From positions 102,378,265 through 102,415,632 of the forward strand of contig NC_068984.1 of NCBI RefSeq assembly GCF_001194135.2: DNA of 37,368 bases, given 5' to 3'. The notes under the pieces are model-generated. The model ran no database searches, was not told the origin of the DNA, and worked only from the letters and a program-made list of their open reading frames with translations. Source of the stretch: Octopus bimaculoides (lineage: Eukaryota). Each line of letters starts with the position of its first letter. Within the stretch, counting starts at the first letter, position 1. The position numbers were made by a program, and so were the translations under genes. Positions 34,298-37,368 of this stretch are shown here, piece after piece.

Positions 34298-35614
34298 TAT
34301 ATGTCTATACCTATGTGTGTCTGTCTTTGTCTCTGTGTTTGTCCCCCACCACTGCTTGACAACCGATAGAATAAGTACCAGGCTTTAAAAACAAAAATTA
34401 GTCGTGAGGTCAATTTGTTTGACTAAAAACTCTTCAAGGCAGTGCCCCAGCATGGCTTCAGTCAAATGACTGAAACAAGTAACAGGTAAAGATAAAAAAG
34501 GTGTGTATATCAAATGTGATATGTTACTGCATTTCACACAGAGTATCAACAGAAATGACAAAATTAGTACAATCTGTAGCAGTGTTAATTTATCAGAAAA
34601 CACAAAGTGAAAATATCTAGTAATGATGTAGTTGATATCTTGGTCTTTTACTCTTCTACATCCAAAAACTAAAAAACTTTTCCCCATTTTCTTTTTCTTA
34701 AAAGTTTCGTCAATTCACTGGATTTCTTGTTCGTAAGTTTTTTCTACAAACTCTGAAACCACAATTTAAATTGGATATTGATTGGTGATGGGTTATAAAA
34801 TAAATATGTTATCAACACTGAATAAATTAGCACCTAATAAAATTATGGTGTCTAATCCATCTGATTCTCAAGGAGAGAGAGAAAGGCAGAAAGAGAGAGA
34901 ATGGAAAAGAGTGAGAGGTATCAGCATGTTCTTTTAGATTAAAGTATCAGTGGAAAACTAATTGAAGATCAGATTCTATGGCCATAGAAATTGGTAACTT
35001 ATTTTTGATAATGTTTTCATATTATTTATATCTTTTATTCAGTCTAGCAGTTGGATGGTCTCTTAACATTATGCTCTGCTCTCTAATCACTTCTTGGTTT
35101 TCTCTTTCTTCGCTGAATTGTAACCATCGCATTATAAAAATCAAAGAAATACTAAAGCGACATGAGAAAGCAAAATAAAGAAAAAAGAAAAATTCTAAGG
35201 GAAATGTCATGTATGTTTTGAAGTTTCAGTAAAGGTTACTGTCATTTTATTAATCCTAAACATTAATTATGATGAAGGTCAAACTAAACAGGCAACGTTA
35301 ACAACTCACAGCTACTTGCAAGTTGTATTTTTTTTTCAAAAAAGCCATTAAAAAACTGACTTAATTAAACATACTTATTTCTAAAATCATTAACATTTAA
35401 TTAATAATTTGAATTTTAAAGAATGATAAAAAGAATTAAATAAATGCAATTATAATAATTTACAGAGGAATTTAAACTTCATATTTTTCTGCAAAAAAAA
35501 TCAAAAGTAGTTTAGATAAAACAAGAAATGGAAATCATCTAAAAGTAATAATAACAAACACTAAAAAAAAAAAAACTCCAAAGAAATCAAATAAATGAGA
35601 AAGTTGTGCATAAC

Positions 35615-35808
35615 CTGTGGAAGTTATCGTTATATTCCTCAAGGTGCCGTAGTGTTTCTTCAACTTGTTGAAGAGATCTAGCATCATGGATGTATGGTTC
35701 CAAACAAATGAATAATTGTTTGATTCTCTTCACCAGTTCACCTGAACTGTCAAGTTTCTCTTCCATCCTAGAGAATTCAGTTCGGTCGTCTGCAGCTGGT
35801 GCAGCCAT
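35615..35808 (-). CDS. TBC1D32: TBC1D32 (broad-minded/BROMI) first coding exon, MAAPAADDRTEFSRMEEKLDSSGELVKRIKQLFICLEPYIHDARSLQQVEETLRHLEEYNDNFH + AG
   Basis: ARSLQQVEETLRHLEEYNDNFH matches the vertebrate TBC1D32 N-terminal motif [22 protein letters not shown] (recalled sequence). The frame ends at a canonical donor CAC AG|GTTATG (GT at 35614-35613), phase 2. An acceptor ttttcaacAG lies 11 nt upstream of the ATG (exon start 35819). Confidence 0.88.
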
Positions 35809-36192
35809 CTCTTCACACTCTGTTGAAAATTAACAACATTTCTAAAGAATATAACACTGAAACATACCAATCTTGCTTTTTTTTTTTTTAACATTGTTGT
35901 TTTTATTTAAAAGTTGAAAAAAGAACAGGGAAAATTGGTAAAAAAAAACAAGAAAATTAAATAATAACAAAAAATGTAAGAAGTTACATAAATTGAAAGT
36001 GTTTAAGTTGTATAGTTATATAAGATTTACAAACTTGTGTATTATGGGATGTATGTGCACTGATCAAAGAGGTTTAGAGATTGTACAAGAGAAAATGAGA
36101 ATGAAAGAGTGTTAGTAGGAACTGAAAAACCAAAGCAACAAACTGAAGGGGTAAGGGTAGGAGAAAGGGACAGCAATGTATATGGAGATTAA

Positions 36193-36685
36193 CCTTTTAG
36201 AATTTAAACTGGTCATATCAAGCCCAAATAGTCTACGTGTTTTGTGTTCAAACTGGCCAGAACTGGCATGTCACACTTATCCCACAATGCCATTCTAAGA
36301 AATGAGTAAAGGTGTGTGGCTTTGTGGTTAGGGTATTGGACTCATGATTGTTAGGTTGTGGTTTCAATTTCTGGACTGGGCAACACGTTGTGTTCTTGAC
36401 TAAAACATATCATTTCACAATGCTCCAGTCCACTCAGCTGGCAAAAATGAGCAATCCTGCAACAGACCAGCATCCCGTCCAGATGGGGAATATATATATG
36501 CCATGAAACAGGGAAACAGGTCCTTGAGTTGGTATGACTCAGAAAGGTAACTTTACTTCATCTTTATTCTAAGAACAAACAATTGCATCATTCAAAATCT
36601 CAAAGCTACAAGATAATGCATGATTATTAATTCAAAACAAAGAATAAATAAACTTATTTGACAGAGTAATATGAACACTAAAGGG
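36193..36685. mobile_element. piggyBac-type MITE family E, copy 3, with a CORE-like SINE inside (36302-36565)
   Basis: TTAA|CCTTTTAG ... CTAAAGGG|TTAA. The SINE is flanked by a 10-bp TSD ATTCTAAGAA (36292-36301 and 36566-36575). Confidence 0.8.
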
Positions 36686-37035
36686 TTAAAAACGATTGTG
36701 CACTAAAAGGTGCTAAAGAGCTACAACAGAGTAAGGACAGTTTAGCAAATATCTACACTTATGTACATAAACCCATACATATATAAAAGTATACATATAC
36801 ACAAACAAGAAGGGAAAATTTTACCAAGGGAAGTGATGAATTGATGTAAGGAAGAAAATATTTGTGTGCATATTTATGTGAATATTTGTGTGTGTGTGCT
36901 CACATCAGAATGAATACTCATGAACATGAAAAGGTGGGAGATAAGAAAGACTAATTAAGAAAAGGAAATTCGTTTATTTATAAATTTATACAGTTAACAT
37001 CATAGTCATAACAATTTCTTATATATTGAACCAAT

Positions 37036-37368
37036 GTGCCAGAAGGGAGGCTAGGTGACAGGTTTATTTAGCCAGAGGGGAAGCAGATAAGGAAAGATTT
37101 GCCAATGTTTTGCGCCGTGAGGACCAAAGACTCGAGGTATTTCGTGTTGCAAGACAGTGTAGGAGAGAGAATAGTGATGTTGTAGGAGAGAAATGTGTTC
37201 ACATGGATGATGGTACGCTTGCATTAAATGAGGATGCAAAGAAAGAGGTCTGGAGATGCCACTACGATAGATTGCTTAATAAAGAGAATGAATGGGAGAA
37301 AGAGAACCTGCCGTATGTCGACCCAATAGAGGGACCAGCTATCCGAGTTGATAGTACCAGGGTAGATA
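37036..37368 (+). mobile_element. 5'-truncated RTE-clade LINE, running off the window end
   Basis: Open frame 37059-37367: QVYLARGEADKERFANVLRREDQRLEVFRVARQCRRENSDVVGEKCVHMDDGTLALNEDAKKEVWRCHYDRLLNKENEWEKENLPYVDPIEGPAIRVDSTRVD, the endonuclease-RT linker of RTE ORFs. Confidence 0.8.

Larger units (their letters stand above)
32731..34500 (+). mobile_element. SINE family A split (32731-32938 and 34298-34500) by two DNA transposons
   Basis: The head ends in (TG)n(TA)n at 32938. The remaining body and tail resume at 34298. Confidence 0.8.

Overview
AT-rich, microsatellite- and transposon-dense animal genomic DNA. The SINE/LINE/MITE repertoire looks like a coleoid cephalopod, most likely Octopus (my recognition, not a database result). 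The only host gene I can support is TBC1D32 (protein broad-minded/BROMI, a ciliary regulator) on the minus strand. Its first coding exon (35615-35819) and second coding exon (4506-4673) are joined in frame by GT-AG sites across a ~30.9 kb intron, and exon 3 lies outside the window. The rest is intronic. It holds several tRNA-derived SINE families, R4/Dong-like and RTE LINE fragments, two inverted copies of one mariner family, a maT/DD37D-like relic, a Tigger-like relic, and Tc1-, hAT- and piggyBac-type MITEs, often nested. The most notable signal is a set of minimal type-I hammerhead ribozyme motifs of the Penelope-like-element (PLE) kind in distinct repeats. One is a 196-bp near-perfect palindrome with a hammerhead in each arm, one of them with an intact catalytic core. 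Another is a tRNA-headed (Pol III promoter) element carrying a hammerhead, and a second tRNA-like element sits next to a hammerhead relic. I also found serial templated micro-insertions, a candidate RFX X-box enhancer and an unidentified decayed ORF. Most ORFs in the supplied track are microsatellite or repeat artefacts.
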